Of a stretch of DNA of 64,000 bases, positions 49,499-59,490 are shown piece after piece. Position 1 is the first letter of the stretch, and each line of letters begins with the position of its first letter. This stretch comes from a bacterium (GTDB lineage Bacteria; Patescibacteriota; Microgenomatia; JAMCZE01): the NCBI GenBank assembly GCA_021836035.1, contig JAKBJL010000003.1:68135-132134 (forward strand). Reading direction: 5' to 3'. Made by a program: the position numbers and the translations under genes. The notes below the pieces were generated by a model, which worked only from the letters and a program-made list of their open reading frames with translations, did no database searches and was not told the origin of the DNA.

Positions 49499-49840
49499 TT
49501 AAGGGGAGTGCTTGAGGCCGCAGCCGCTAAAAGCCCGCGGCTTTAAATAGCGGAAACAGGCTTCACAGATCCGGCTGCCGGAAGTTTCCGGTGTAGGGTC
49601 AAGATAATCCGGGCTGATACGACCTTCTAATTCTGCCCGGACACCGTCGACAATAGCGGCAAAGAATTTCTTGCGGACTTCCGGATCACGCGTGTTAAAC
49701 CAGGGATTAATATCAATGCTCAGGCGGAAATGGTCTTCCACCGCTTTTTCGATATTACCGCTGTCGCGTCTGGCGTTATCTGCCAAGCAGCGGAAAAGGA
49801 TCGCTTGCGGTTCCAGCACCCTTATTCTTTCCCGTCCCAC
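49499..49840 (-). CDS. Hypothetical Cys-containing small protein, possibly the detached 3' part of the upstream gene
   Basis: GTG start, lies in a different frame from 49884..50966, and has a C-terminal CEAC...GCG motif. Confidence 0.25.
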   Translation of the reverse strand: MGRERIRVLEPQAILFRCLADNARRDSGNIEKAVEDHFRLSIDINPWFNTRDPEVRKKFFAAIVDGVRAELEGRISPDYLDPTPETSGSRICEACFRYLKPRAFSGCGLKHSP

Positions 49841-49883
49841 AATTTCAGTTTACACGCTTTTTCACGGAAAACAATGGCGGTAG

Positions 49884-50966
49884 TTAAGGGAGATCTTCCC
49901 AGGGGAAATCATTTCCGGGGCTTTGTGCCTTATCAAATTGTCTGACAAATAAACCGGCATAAAAAAGACTGGCGGTAAATTCTTTTATCTGGGCCATACT
50001 TTGGTAAGCCCGAGTAACCTGCTCCGGACTTTTAAGAAGGTTAAAACGTCGGGCGTTGTAGAGAGCGTGTGGCAGATAGCGTTTGTAGGCAGAAGCATCA
50101 GCCAGTTCGTATCCGACCAGAAAGAAAGTGCGGAGGATGTTCGCTTCTGTCTGCGGACTGATGCCCGAATAGGTGATATCCGCACTGTCGAATAGCCCGA
50201 CAAGAGAGCCGAAGAGTGACTTCCAAACCGGCGGCTCCAGCTTTTCCTGTAATTTATATTCTGTCCGTTGAGCTTCCTGAAAGACGGCTCGGGACCAGAG
50301 TCTGGGGTCGTTTTCCGCAAAGCGGTTATCAAAATAGATATTTAAAAGAGGGGATTTGCTTCCGGTCGGAAAGAGCTCGCGATGCTTTATATCAACAGGT
50401 GTCGGATCGGGGTAAACCAGGATGGGATCAGAAATATCTTCGGATAGCAAGTTATAGACACGGTCCACATTAAAAGAAGGATTATTTTTTAACATGGACA
50501 AAATAACCCCGGCTTCCATCGTGCCGTAAAAAATTTTTCTCAGAATTTTGCCTCCTGGGTAATTTTTATTGTCCGGAATCAACCCCAAAACAGAGAAAGT
50601 ATTGCTGATTTCTCCCGCAGGTTGATAGATTCCCGTGATATTTCCGATATCATAGCCCATGGCTAAGAGAAGAAACATATTGGAGGAGTTTTGCCTCAAC
50701 ATTTCCTCCGGAGATTCGGGAAGCAATTGAAAAATACGCAGTTTGCTGGCTAATCCTGCTAGGCATGCGGTAGCGATAATTAAACCGTCAGAAGTAAAAG
50801 TACGGCGCATCTCTACCTGCACGGGGAGTAAATAATGGTTCAGGCTCTCGCTCCAGGCAGCCGGGTCCTGTTCGGCAACGCTGTGGGTAGTGGCCCAGGC
50901 GACGAGAGGAGTTTTGGGGCTAGACGGCAGGTCTAAGTAATCAGGGGTATCAAATTCCCGAGCCAT
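49884..50966 (-). CDS. Hypothetical protein (360 aa), mostly alpha-helical
   Basis: Long open frame. There is a weak resemblance to the ADP-ribosylglycohydrolase N-motif (LAMGYDIGNITG), but it is not convincing. Confidence 0.4.
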   Translation of the reverse strand: MAREFDTPDYLDLPSSPKTPLVAWATTHSVAEQDPAAWSESLNHYLLPVQVEMRRTFTSDGLIIATACLAGLASKLRIFQLLPESPEEMLRQNSSNMFLLLAMGYDIGNITGIYQPAGEISNTFSVLGLIPDNKNYPGGKILRKIFYGTMEAGVILSMLKNNPSFNVDRVYNLLSEDISDPILVYPDPTPVDIKHRELFPTGSKSPLLNIYFDNRFAENDPRLWSRAVFQEAQRTEYKLQEKLEPPVWKSLFGSLVGLFDSADITYSGISPQTEANILRTFFLVGYELADASAYKRYLPHALYNARRFNLLKSPEQVTRAYQSMAQIKEFTASLFYAGLFVRQFDKAQSPGNDFPWEDLP

Positions 50967-51049
50967 AACGGGATGTTAACAAGCTGGAGTTTTGATTACA
51001 AGAATAGCCTATTGCAAGTAACTATGGGGGTTGCTATATTCCCCGTATC

Positions 51050-51676
51050 GTGAATAGAGAAAGGGATCAATTAGATATCGACGGAGTAATCTGCGCTTCC
51101 AGCATCACCGTTACGGCAAAGGTTAACCAGCTCCCCGGTATTTCTAACAAATATTCTCCTTCCGATATTGATTCCTGGGATTTCTTCTCTAAAGATGTTT
51201 TACGCCGAACGGGAAATGAGGAGTTGGCGAAGAGAGCGGAAAGCTATTGGTTTGACGGCCCGACATTATTTGCCGCACCCAGAGAACCTTTTGCTCTTTT
51301 AGGCATCTTGGTAATGAGCGCTTTACATTATGAACACCATCCCGCAACTTCCCGTAAGGAGAGCCACCGCGTGGGAACCTTGGACTGGTTAGATAGCCGA
51401 TATCCGAAATTGATCAGGCATGAGAATGTTCATTTCCGCAATGGTAGTTGTTCCGGAAACGAATTGAAGGCAGAGATTCATGACAAGATAAAGCCAGTAT
51501 TGATTTTTGAAGACAACGGCGACACCATAAAATATTTTCTGTATCACGGGATAGATCCACATAAAATTGTGATGATCGACCGTCCCTGGAACAGGTCATT
51601 TAAAGAATACGATAAATTGCGGGTAGAAAACTGGCTTCACGCCGTTCCCCGGATACTGACGGCCACCGTGAAGTAG
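51050..51676 (+). CDS. HAD-superfamily 5'(3')-deoxyribonucleotidase-like phosphatase (NT5C family)
   Basis: N-terminal DIDGVI (DxDG[VT]) catalytic motif; about 200 aa. Confidence 0.5.
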   Translation: MNRERDQLDIDGVICASSITVTAKVNQLPGISNKYSPSDIDSWDFFSKDVLRRTGNEELAKRAESYWFDGPTLFAAPREPFALLGILVMSALHYEHHPATSRKESHRVGTLDWLDSRYPKLIRHENVHFRNGSCSGNELKAEIHDKIKPVLIFEDNGDTIKYFLYHGIDPHKIVMIDRPWNRSFKEYDKLRVENWLHAVPRILTATVK

Positions 51677-51742
51677 GATTATTGTCAGAACCTTGCTTCT
51701 TCCCCCCGGGGCGCTTAAAATCCGGCTGGATTACAATAAACT

Positions 51743-52513
51743 ATGATAAACGATGTGATCGTGGTTAATAATTTGGTTAAGAAATATAAGAAGGCTAAGG
51801 AAAATGCCGTGGATAATGTTTCTTTCCGGGTTAGGAAGGGGGAATTCTTTGCTTTCCTGGGGCCTAACGGCGCCGGTAAAACTACGACCATCTCTATTTT
51901 AACGACGATTTTGGCAAAGACTTCGGGGGAGGTAAAAATTGCCGGTTACGATATTGAAAAGCAACAAAAAGAGGTCCGGAAAAATATCGGGGTTATTTTC
52001 CAAAAACCCAGCCTCGACGAAAATCTGACCGCGGAAGAAAATATCCGCCTGCACGCGATTTTATACGGCCTTTATCCTTTTGCACCGACTTATTCCCAGA
52101 TGCCGGCAACCTACAAACGAAAAGTGGCGCAATTAACGGAACTCCTCGATATCGGAAAAGAAATCTTTAATCCTATTAAAACTTATTCCGGGGGGATGAA
52201 ACGAAAACTGGAAATTATCCGAAGCCTGATGCATAGTCCTAAGGTTCTTTTTCTGGATGAACCGACTTCCGGACTGGATCCGGTTTCCCGGAAAAACCTC
52301 TGGGAATATCTTAGCGGGGTACGAAAATCCCGCAAGACGACGATTTTTTTGACCACCCATTACTTAGAAGAAGCTGAAGACGCAGACGAAGTTTGTATTA
52401 TTAACCACGGTAAAATTGTCGCTATCGGAGCACCGGGAAAAATTAAAAATAACGGAACCAGATCTCTGGAAGAGGCATATATCAAAATAATAGAAGAAGA
52501 TGTACGAGCTTAA
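51743..52513 (+). CDS. ABC transporter ATP-binding protein (ABC-2 type)
   Basis: Walker A GPNGAGKTT, signature YSGGMKRKL and Walker B LFLDEPTSGLD. Confidence 0.85.
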   Translation: MINDVIVVNNLVKKYKKAKENAVDNVSFRVRKGEFFAFLGPNGAGKTTTISILTTILAKTSGEVKIAGYDIEKQQKEVRKNIGVIFQKPSLDENLTAEENIRLHAILYGLYPFAPTYSQMPATYKRKVAQLTELLDIGKEIFNPIKTYSGGMKRKLEIIRSLMHSPKVLFLDEPTSGLDPVSRKNLWEYLSGVRKSRKTTIFLTTHYLEEAEDADEVCIINHGKIVAIGAPGKIKNNGTRSLEEAYIKIIEEDVRA

Positions 52514-53279
52514 CGCCATTATTTCCATCGCTTACAGAGACGTTTTGAAGTTTTTAAGGGACCGGTCCCGAATTGTGGCCACTTTTATCTTTCCTTTTAT
52601 TTTTATCGGAGTTTTAGGGGGAAGCCTTCAATCTAATTTGGGGGGAGAGGTGGGTTTTAATTTTTTGACTTTTATGTTTACGGGAGTACTGGCTCAGACG
52701 CTTTTTCAATCGGCTGCCGCCGGCATTATTTCTCTTATTGAAGACCGGGAAAATGATTTTTCCCAGGAAATGTTTGTTTCTCCAGTTTCCCGCTATACCA
52801 TTATCATTGGCAAAATCCTGGGAGAATCGGTAGTAGCTTATCTCCAGGCGGTCGGGGTGGTAGTTTTTGCTTTACTGATCGGTGTGCCCATGGTTTTTTC
52901 CCAGCTTGTTTGGCTAATACCTATCGGAATTATTATCTGTCTTTTTGGGGGGGCCTTCGGTGTTTTGGTTATGTCGCAGTTATCCAGCCAGCGAGCCGCA
53001 AACCAAATTTTCCCTTTCCTGATTTTTCCCCAATTTTTTCTCGCCGGGGTATTTACCCCGATGAAACACCTGCCGATTTACCTATTTATTCTTTCCCGTA
53101 TTTCTCCGATGACATATGCTGTTGACCTGGCCCGGGGCATCTATTATTTGGGGAAACCGGAGTTTAACCGGCTGGTGATTTATAATCCGGTCCTTGATCT
53201 GATAATCATTACCATATTTACGATACTAATGATTACTGTCGGAACTTTTTTCTTCGTCCGCAATGAACGGAATAGGTAA
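52500..53279 (+). CDS. ABC-2 family transporter permease
   Basis: Six predicted TM helices. Start overlaps the ATPase gene. Confidence 0.7.
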   Translation: MYELNAIISIAYRDVLKFLRDRSRIVATFIFPFIFIGVLGGSLQSNLGGEVGFNFLTFMFTGVLAQTLFQSAAAGIISLIEDRENDFSQEMFVSPVSRYTIIIGKILGESVVAYLQAVGVVVFALLIGVPMVFSQLVWLIPIGIIICLFGGAFGVLVMSQLSSQRAANQIFPFLIFPQFFLAGVFTPMKHLPIYLFILSRISPMTYAVDLARGIYYLGKPEFNRLVIYNPVLDLIIITIFTILMITVGTFFFVRNERNR

Positions 53280-53375
53280 AATAGTTACCTTATATTAGTA
53301 ACCGGAAAATTCTTCGGAGCGGATATTATCCTCGGGAGCTACGGCGGAAAAAAAGAGCTTCTTTTAGAGAAACAA

Positions 53376-53951
53376 TCATATCCGAGGGGCCCAAGAGACG
53401 GTAGATCGGGGAGTCAAAGCAGAGAAATAATCGAAAGGGGCGTGGATCAGGCCCTTCAGTTTATCAGAGTAAGGGTGACTAATCGCTTTCTGCTTCTTTA
53501 TCAGTAGGGATTTTTTTGCGGCGGCTTCATCGGCTTGCCGGAAGATATTTGGCAAATTCGGGGGGATAGATAGCCCGGGCAATGCGGGAATATAAGTTTG
53601 TAGGCGGGAATAGGACAGTTCCTTCTGCTCGGATTTTTGGGTTATTTTCTCGCCGGCAGTGACTTCAATACCGGTATGCAAATCATAAATCACGAAGGTA
53701 GAAGACTAAATAAATCCATAAACATCTAGCTCTTTGGGTTTTTGATCGGGCTGAGTTTTTAGCTTATCAGCCAGATAATAGGCGAATTCCACTAAAGCTT
53801 TCTCTTTTTCGTTTACTAGCAGGTAATTTTCGGTATGGGTAAGTTTGTCGATAGGTACCGGAAAAACGGCAGTTTTTCGCGCTCCGGGGATGTCATAATT
53901 CCGGCAGATATTATTAGGCAAGTTAGTTTTTCTGTCAGCGTTTGGGCGCAA
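53376..53951 (-). pseudogene. Hypothetical gene split by a single in-frame TAG
   Basis: Track ORFs 53706..53951 and 53376..53693 are in the same minus-strand frame. Only a TAG at 53706..53708 plus four sense codons separate them, and the downstream part starts at GTG. Confidence 0.35.
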
Positions 53952-53994
53952 TCGGGTATGAAGTTAAAAGCTTCGAAATTATAAATCCGAAAAG

Positions 53995-54420
53995 CTAGGA
54001 TTTATAGAGTTTTACCAAGTCGAAAATGCCCAGGGCTAAAAATGACAGGGTTAGGGTTCTAACAAGACTTTTTACTAGAGGATCGACAAAAAAAGCGGCA
54101 GGACCCAGAAAAGATTGTAGCTGCATATCTCCTAAAGAAACAATCATAGACCTCGCGGTATAAATCATTAAGCCGATAAAAATTAGAGTAAGAGACCTTC
54201 CGATTTTCCCCTGCTTATATAGGTTTATCTCCGAGAAGGAATAGAAGAGCCAAATAATTATTAAAAAATTAGAAACTCCCAAAAGATAAAGGAACAAATT
54301 CTGCGGGGATTGCATAAGCGAACGCTGGCTCGTGAAAGTCAGGGGAGCGATAATAATAAGAACGCTAATTACGACTAAAAAGTACTTCTTCAGCAACTTG
54401 ATTTCCCGGATTCGTTTCAT
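53995..54420 (-). CDS. Integral membrane protein (141 aa, four TM helices)
   Basis: Hydrophobic profile and a 4-nt overlap with the upstream gene. Confidence 0.4.
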   Translation of the reverse strand: MKRIREIKLLKKYFLVVISVLIIIAPLTFTSQRSLMQSPQNLFLYLLGVSNFLIIIWLFYSFSEINLYKQGKIGRSLTLIFIGLMIYTARSMIVSLGDMQLQSFLGPAAFFVDPLVKSLVRTLTLSFLALGIFDLVKLYKS

Positions 54421-54995
54421 AAGGGTTGGTAAATAGGTTTATATTTCAGTTCCGGATAATTGTTTAAAACGGACTCCGAAGCGTATAGTGCCGGTTTCCC
54501 AAAAGCCCGGACATATTCTCGGATTAATTTTTCTACATCAGCATAAGTTGTTTTTTCACCAGCTTTAATTTTCCCCGAGTCATCGATATATAATCCCGAT
54601 TTTCGGGCTGCATTCAGACAATAAGGTCTTCCCAAAATATCGCACTCCTTTTCGATAATTTCATTACCGATTTTTTGTATATCGTATTCCGGAGCGATAT
54701 CCACACCGACCGCAGTTTCGGCGGGATGAAGTGAGACATCGGTTTCTCTCGGGGTAAGAGGGGAGCTCATAGCTTCACTATTATAGAGTAATTTTAACAA
54801 AGGCTCCAAGAGGCTAATAACAAAGAGGGCAGTTCCGAAAATTAAAGTATTGCCGCCGATTATAACGGTGAACATATTTTTCTCGAAATAAAAAAGGATA
54901 AAATTTCCGATAAAGACAGCGATGATCCCGACCATAGCAATAGGGATGTAGATAATTAGATAATATAAAAAAGCTTTAACTTTAGAAAAGCCCAT
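54417..54995 (-). CDS. Membrane protein with two N-terminal TM helices and a C-terminal soluble domain (192 aa)
   Basis: Open frame that is the first gene of a two-gene minus-strand operon. Confidence 0.4.
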   Translation of the reverse strand: MGFSKVKAFLYYLIIYIPIAMVGIIAVFIGNFILFYFEKNMFTVIIGGNTLIFGTALFVISLLEPLLKLLYNSEAMSSPLTPRETDVSLHPAETAVGVDIAPEYDIQKIGNEIIEKECDILGRPYCLNAARKSGLYIDDSGKIKAGEKTTYADVEKLIREYVRAFGKPALYASESVLNNYPELKYKPIYQPL

Positions 54996-55147
54996 ACTTA
55001 ATTACAATAGCAGATATTTGTTTATTTGGCTATTTCGATTCCGCCACTCCCAATAATTAGTTTTTTGTTTGGGGTTTCTTTGGGGGTTGAACCCCATAAC
55101 GGGCGATACAAGCATAAATATAAGAACAAATAATAGTATCGATAATT

Positions 55148-55176
55148 CGCACGTGCGAGTTATTGGTTCTATATTA
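55148..55176. repeat. Direct repeat copy A with palindrome CGCACGTGCG (cgcacgtgcgagttattggttctatatta)
   Basis: Matches 24 of 29 bases with 56471..56499. A GGGTTGAACCCC hairpin lies 70 nt upstream (55072..55085), as at copy B. Confidence 0.6.
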
Positions 55177-55222
55177 GCCCTAGCCCAAGAAGTATTCCGG
55201 GTCAAAAAGTACGAAATGGGGT

Positions 55223-55765
55223 TCAAACCTCTAAGGTTTGTAACGGTTCCTGCCATTTAATTGAGGCCACGATTCTTCGCCCAATTTTTTGATATTCCAA
55301 ATTACCGTTTCGTTTTGCTAGTTCCTTTTTGAGGGTAAAAATTCCGCAACCCCCCGGACGTTGTTTTGTTGTATAGGGATTAGGGGATAAAACAGCCTGC
55401 CTTATTTCCGACATGGCTGTTTCAGGATCGGAATGTACAAAATTATCTTCCACGCGGACGCTGTGATTACCGGCCCTTACGCTGATTCTATAACCTGCCC
55501 GGCGATTCAATTCAGCCTGTTGATGTGTAGCGGCCTTCTGCAACTCTTCGGTATTTGTGTTGTGCGTGCCCTTGGCGAACGCGATGTCATCGGTGTTTCG
55601 AAAGGCCTGGCAGTTGGATATAAGTTCCAGGATACAGGTGCATAACCAGAGCGGCGGTTCAGAACCGGGACCCGTTAATAAAGCTCCCTCAAAATCAACC
55701 GCGATACCAAAGTCGCGTAAATAAGTGGTCGTTATTAGTTCGGTAAATGATTCATTATCCGTCAT
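55223..55765 (-). CDS. Hypothetical protein (180 aa) in a repeat-flanked cassette
   Basis: Open frame divergent from 55848..56423; no domain recognised. Confidence 0.4.
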   Translation of the reverse strand: MTDNESFTELITTTYLRDFGIAVDFEGALLTGPGSEPPLWLCTCILELISNCQAFRNTDDIAFAKGTHNTNTEELQKAATHQQAELNRRAGYRISVRAGNHSVRVEDNFVHSDPETAMSEIRQAVLSPNPYTTKQRPGGCGIFTLKKELAKRNGNLEYQKIGRRIVASIKWQEPLQTLEV

Positions 55766-55847
55766 AGATCGGATTTTAATATATCTTTTGTTAAAGAGGA
55801 AATATACACGCGGTATTAAAGAAAACCGGAACTTTTAATAAATAATT

Positions 55848-56423
55848 GTGAATATATCGGATCGGTATAACAAATTGAACCATGGGGTTATGGATGGTAC
55901 AATCCACATCATCTTTATGAAAGAACGGCCATTAAATTCAGGTGAAATGCCCCGAACTGATTTCCACTATGAGGAATTTGAGGGTCTCTTAAGTAATTAT
56001 TACCTGGGATTGCTTCCTCTGAAAGAAGGGGAACCGCAAGATCGGTCTGATTTTGAATCTATAACAGGCATATTAAATGGTTTTGCGGAAAGACACGGGG
56101 TTCAAACACCGGAAGAAGCAGTGGCGCATCCCCGTCTTTTACCTGGAGAGACAGAACAATTCGATGTAATTGACTCATGTTTTTCGATTATCGATTCAAT
56201 GAGATCTTTTCGGAGCGACTTTGGGGTAGGAATGGAAACGGGCACTGTGGATTTACAAGAACGATTTAAGCTGGGGCGCTTGATTTTGGGAATAATGCAT
56301 CGGCACGGGGTAATTCAGGCGGAATTCGAAGAGATTGACGGCGCCCCAACGCCCGTAAGGGTTTTAAGCGAAGACAAAGAAAAGATCTATAAACCGCTTC
56401 AGGAAATCTTAGGAGAAAATTAA
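55848..56423 (+). CDS. Hypothetical acidic protein (191 aa) in a repeat-flanked cassette
   Basis: Open frame; no domain recognised. Confidence 0.4.
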   Translation: MNISDRYNKLNHGVMDGTIHIIFMKERPLNSGEMPRTDFHYEEFEGLLSNYYLGLLPLKEGEPQDRSDFESITGILNGFAERHGVQTPEEAVAHPRLLPGETEQFDVIDSCFSIIDSMRSFRSDFGVGMETGTVDLQERFKLGRLILGIMHRHGVIQAEFEEIDGAPTPVRVLSEDKEKIYKPLQEILGEN

Positions 56424-56439
56424 TTTTCTTCATAACCCA

Positions 56440-56464
56440 AAAGTGAAAAAGAGGGTTCAACCCT
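56440..56464 (-). terminator. Possible intrinsic terminator on the minus strand after the nuclease pseudogene
   Basis: The minus strand reads AGGGTTGAACCCT followed by CTTTTTCACTTTT. Confidence 0.3.
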
Positions 56465-56470
56465 ACACCA

Positions 56471-56499
56471 CGCACGTGCGGATTATCGGTTCTATATTA
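56471..56499. repeat. Direct repeat copy B with palindrome CGCACGTGCG (cgcacgtgcggattatcggttctatatta)
   Basis: See copy A. It is preceded by the AGGGTTCAACCCT hairpin at 56452..56464. Confidence 0.6.
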
Positions 56500-56519
56500 A
56501 CAACAGGGGATGGAGTTAG

Positions 56520-57120
56520 TTAGGGGCATGTATTACTGCGAATGAAACCTGCTTTTAAGGCCTCCTGTTCCGTGCAGAACCATTGGTCGTCGGTAGAGAG
56601 GTCGATTTTTACCTGGGAATAATTCCGGCAGTCGGGAGTCATATAAGATTTATAAGGCTTTTTCGTATCGACATAGCCCTTAATTGAACAGGGGCCCTCC
56701 TTTGCTGAAGCTTCGGAGGGTAGAAAATTTGGGGGAGTAAGGGAGAGACAAACATCGCTATGAAGACCGAGATTTCGAGAAATAGCGAAATTGTATGCAA
56801 TTTTTAATTCTTCACGCTTGGGGTTTTGGGTATAATCCGCCCCGGGCAAAACCGGAGGAGAGTATTCCCCGGTTGATATAAAGATTTCCCAGAAAAACAT
56901 TTGCCATGATCCGGCCGTAAGGATCGGTAAATTGGTCGGAAAGAGAAATATTTTTATTTAAGACTAAAGAGGAAAGTTTGTCTTTAGCCTCCGAACTTAA
57001 ACATTTACCCATCTCCGGCGCATTTACTCCCAGAAGGCGAACCCGTTTTCCGCCTTCGAAGTCGATTTTAAAAGTATCGCCGTCAATTATTTCGGTGACC
57101 CGGTAAGTCGGGGAGGATGA
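56520..57120 (-). pseudogene. Thermonuclease (SNase-like) gene remnant, frameshifted and lacking a start codon
   Basis: The minus strand encodes ...YRVTEIIDGDTFKIDFEGG...APEMGKC...DPYGRIMANVFLGNLYINRGILSSGFARG (SNase core) in one frame (~57120..56812). The C-terminal Cys-rich part lies in another frame (56900..56520). A TAA precedes the N-terminus with no ATG. Confidence 0.55.
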
Positions 57121-57499
57121 TTGATGAAGAAGAAAAGAGCGTTAAAAATTAGGGAAATAAAAGCGATTAGGGAAACAAGAGGCAGGAGGAAATTAGCCAC
57201 ATAGATAGTTTAGGGGATTTGGGAAGAGGGGTAAAGTACGATAAACGATATTAATAGCATAATAATAGATAAGAGAGTGGAGCTTTATAAGGCTCATAAG
57301 TCCTATCGGGAATATGATAAAATCTTTCTATGAATCTATCAGTAGGGATTTCAACTTCGCAAGCCCAAGTAATTATCTCTTCACCTATCAATATAAATTC
57401 ATCCTTCCAAAGCCGAGAATGGAAAGATTATGGATGAGTTGGGGAGAATTAAGCATCCCCAGGCCCTATCTATTGGCTCTATTATGCTAAAATAATGGG

Positions 57500-58531
57500 G
57501 TGAAAGAGAGGGATATGAAAGATCAGGCTGTAAAAAGCGAACCCAATATTTTGGAAATAGGGCAGATCGCAGATAGTGGTGCTACTCCGGGTTTTTCGGT
57601 AGCAATTATTACCCCAGAATTTTCTAAAAGCATTTCTCATGGATGCTTTACAGACGCAAGGGATAAGGAGGTTGGTGAAGAAACAATGTACGATCTTGCC
57701 TCAGTAACAAAACTATATACAACGGCTGTTTTGTTGAGATTGTACGAACATGGGAAATTATCAATCTATGACGTTTGTGCAAAATACTTAGAGAATTTTG
57801 CCGGTTCTAAAGTTCAGTTAATCGATTTGCTCACTCATAGAGTTGATTTTGGGATTGAGCTTTCTAAATTTAGGGTTCGTTATCCCACGACTTTTGCTCA
57901 AGAAATATTAAAAATTAAGCCTCCGGCTGAGCCCGCAAGTGATGTTCACTATGCAAATCTTGGGTTTATTTATTTAGGCAAAATTGTTGAGATGGTGGAA
58001 AACCAAAGTTTAGACATTGTTACGAAAAACTTTTTTATAGAAATGGGTCTTCATAGAACAACTACTGGTGTGCATATTAAAGCAGATCGAACGTTGACAC
58101 CTCCGACTGAGGTTATGGGGAATGATGTGGTTCAAAGTGAGACCCATGATGAGTCCGCTCGCTTGCTTGGCGGGGTGGCCGGGAATGCTGGCGTATTTGC
58201 AAGCGCGCGAGATCTGGCCTTATTTGGCAATGCTTGGGTTAACGGAAAAATTATTGGTCAGGGGACAACAGCGGATGTTTTTAAGAATTATAACCTGTCA
58301 GGGCGGCACCCACAGGGTTTAGGTTGGTGGCAAAGACTGCCTGCTAGTAGTGGTGAAATAAGGCTTAGAAGCGCTTTTTGTCACCCGGGTTTTACAGGTG
58401 CTTTGCTTCTTGTTAATCCCTTAACGGAAAAAGTTTGCGCGTTTACTTGTAATAGGACATATTATGGGCGGGGAAACGAGAGACATCGAAAAATTTGGGA
58501 ACTTTTGGCAAAGTGGGCAGATGAAACCTAA
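57500..58531 (+). CDS. Beta-lactamase/transpeptidase-fold serine hydrolase (class C / esterase-like)
   Basis: SxxK (ASVTKLYT), YxN (HYANLGF) and HxG (CHPGFTG) motifs. Confidence 0.6.
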   Translation: MKERDMKDQAVKSEPNILEIGQIADSGATPGFSVAIITPEFSKSISHGCFTDARDKEVGEETMYDLASVTKLYTTAVLLRLYEHGKLSIYDVCAKYLENFAGSKVQLIDLLTHRVDFGIELSKFRVRYPTTFAQEILKIKPPAEPASDVHYANLGFIYLGKIVEMVENQSLDIVTKNFFIEMGLHRTTTGVHIKADRTLTPPTEVMGNDVVQSETHDESARLLGGVAGNAGVFASARDLALFGNAWVNGKIIGQGTTADVFKNYNLSGRHPQGLGWWQRLPASSGEIRLRSAFCHPGFTGALLLVNPLTEKVCAFTCNRTYYGRGNERHRKIWELLAKWADET

Positions 58532-59487
58532 GTATACAGTTTGCCAATGATCTTACCCTCCCCATCTACTTTAGGAACCCAAAATCTATTTCTTACGTCT
58601 CTGGGTTTTTCCAGACCATAAACTAAGGCAAATGTTTGGCAAATGGTGTCTACAACTTCTGCGGTAACATGTCTCTTGTCGGCTTGCCAAGCGTTACCCC
58701 CGCTTCTTTCGGTAAGGGCTTGAGCTATTTCATATGAAGGGAAATACCCAACGTCTGATCTTTCTTGAAGTAGTTGTCGTAGCGCGACAAGAAGAGTCGC
58801 CTTTGATAGGTTATTTGCTTCCCTTATGGATAGTTGTGAAGCAGTAAATTTGAGGGGGATAGGAGAAAGGGTAAATATAATCGGGCATTTGTCGCTAATA
58901 TGCGTACGGACAACATTCACTGATTGTATCAAGGCATGTTGAACTTCGATTGTCGTGGCGAATCTTTCAACCCAAGCGCCTTTGTTTATTCGTATGCTTC
59001 CAGTAGGGACTTGATTTAAAACGATTTCAGGATTGGCCGCAGGACACCAAACTTCTGATAATCCCAAGGTTATTATAAAAGCGGAGGTGTTTTGCAAGTG
59101 ACTCTTTGCTTTTTGGTCAAACTTGCTGTTTAGACTTTGAAGTTCTTCCTTAGTTTTCGCTACGAGCCACGTCCGCCACGGGTCTCTGAATCGTCCTTCG
59201 CCACTTACACTAATTTCTTTCAGTACGTGACTTTCCAACGGAACTGGAGAATATAAGCGTTCCAATTCTTTATGTATGGAAAAGGGGTTATATAAGATGT
59301 CCCACGGCTGTTCTCTGTCGGTGTAGCGGTGGTGAATAAGCCAGCGATTAAAATTTCGGGCGAAACAGCTGCCCATAGCTGATATTTTTATAGGGTTGAG
59401 TTTTATTCCGCTGTCAGGAATTTTGGGTAATTCCGCCCAACCCCATCTGTCCGTAAATATTTCTGGTTGTTCGTGTCGGTTTACCAT
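58528..59487 (-). CDS. GSCFA-family protein
   Basis: Contains the eponymous motif AMGSCFARN near the N-terminus; 319 aa. Confidence 0.6.
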   Translation of the reverse strand: MVNRHEQPEIFTDRWGWAELPKIPDSGIKLNPIKISAMGSCFARNFNRWLIHHRYTDREQPWDILYNPFSIHKELERLYSPVPLESHVLKEISVSGEGRFRDPWRTWLVAKTKEELQSLNSKFDQKAKSHLQNTSAFIITLGLSEVWCPAANPEIVLNQVPTGSIRINKGAWVERFATTIEVQHALIQSVNVVRTHISDKCPIIFTLSPIPLKFTASQLSIREANNLSKATLLVALRQLLQERSDVGYFPSYEIAQALTERSGGNAWQADKRHVTAEVVDTICQTFALVYGLEKPRDVRNRFWVPKVDGEGKIIGKLYT

Positions 59488-59490
59488 ATT

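Noticed and set aside
49884-50966. ADP-ribosylglycohydrolase identity for the 360-aa ORF
   Set aside because: Only one weak N-terminal motif resemblance, and the C-terminal metal-binding motif was not found. Not reported as a call.
55200-55260. tRNA gene suggested by GGTTCAAACC T-loop-like sequences near the direct repeats (also 56440..56520)
   Set aside because: No acceptor/D/anticodon cloverleaf could be assembled around them by eye. They more likely form simple hairpins.
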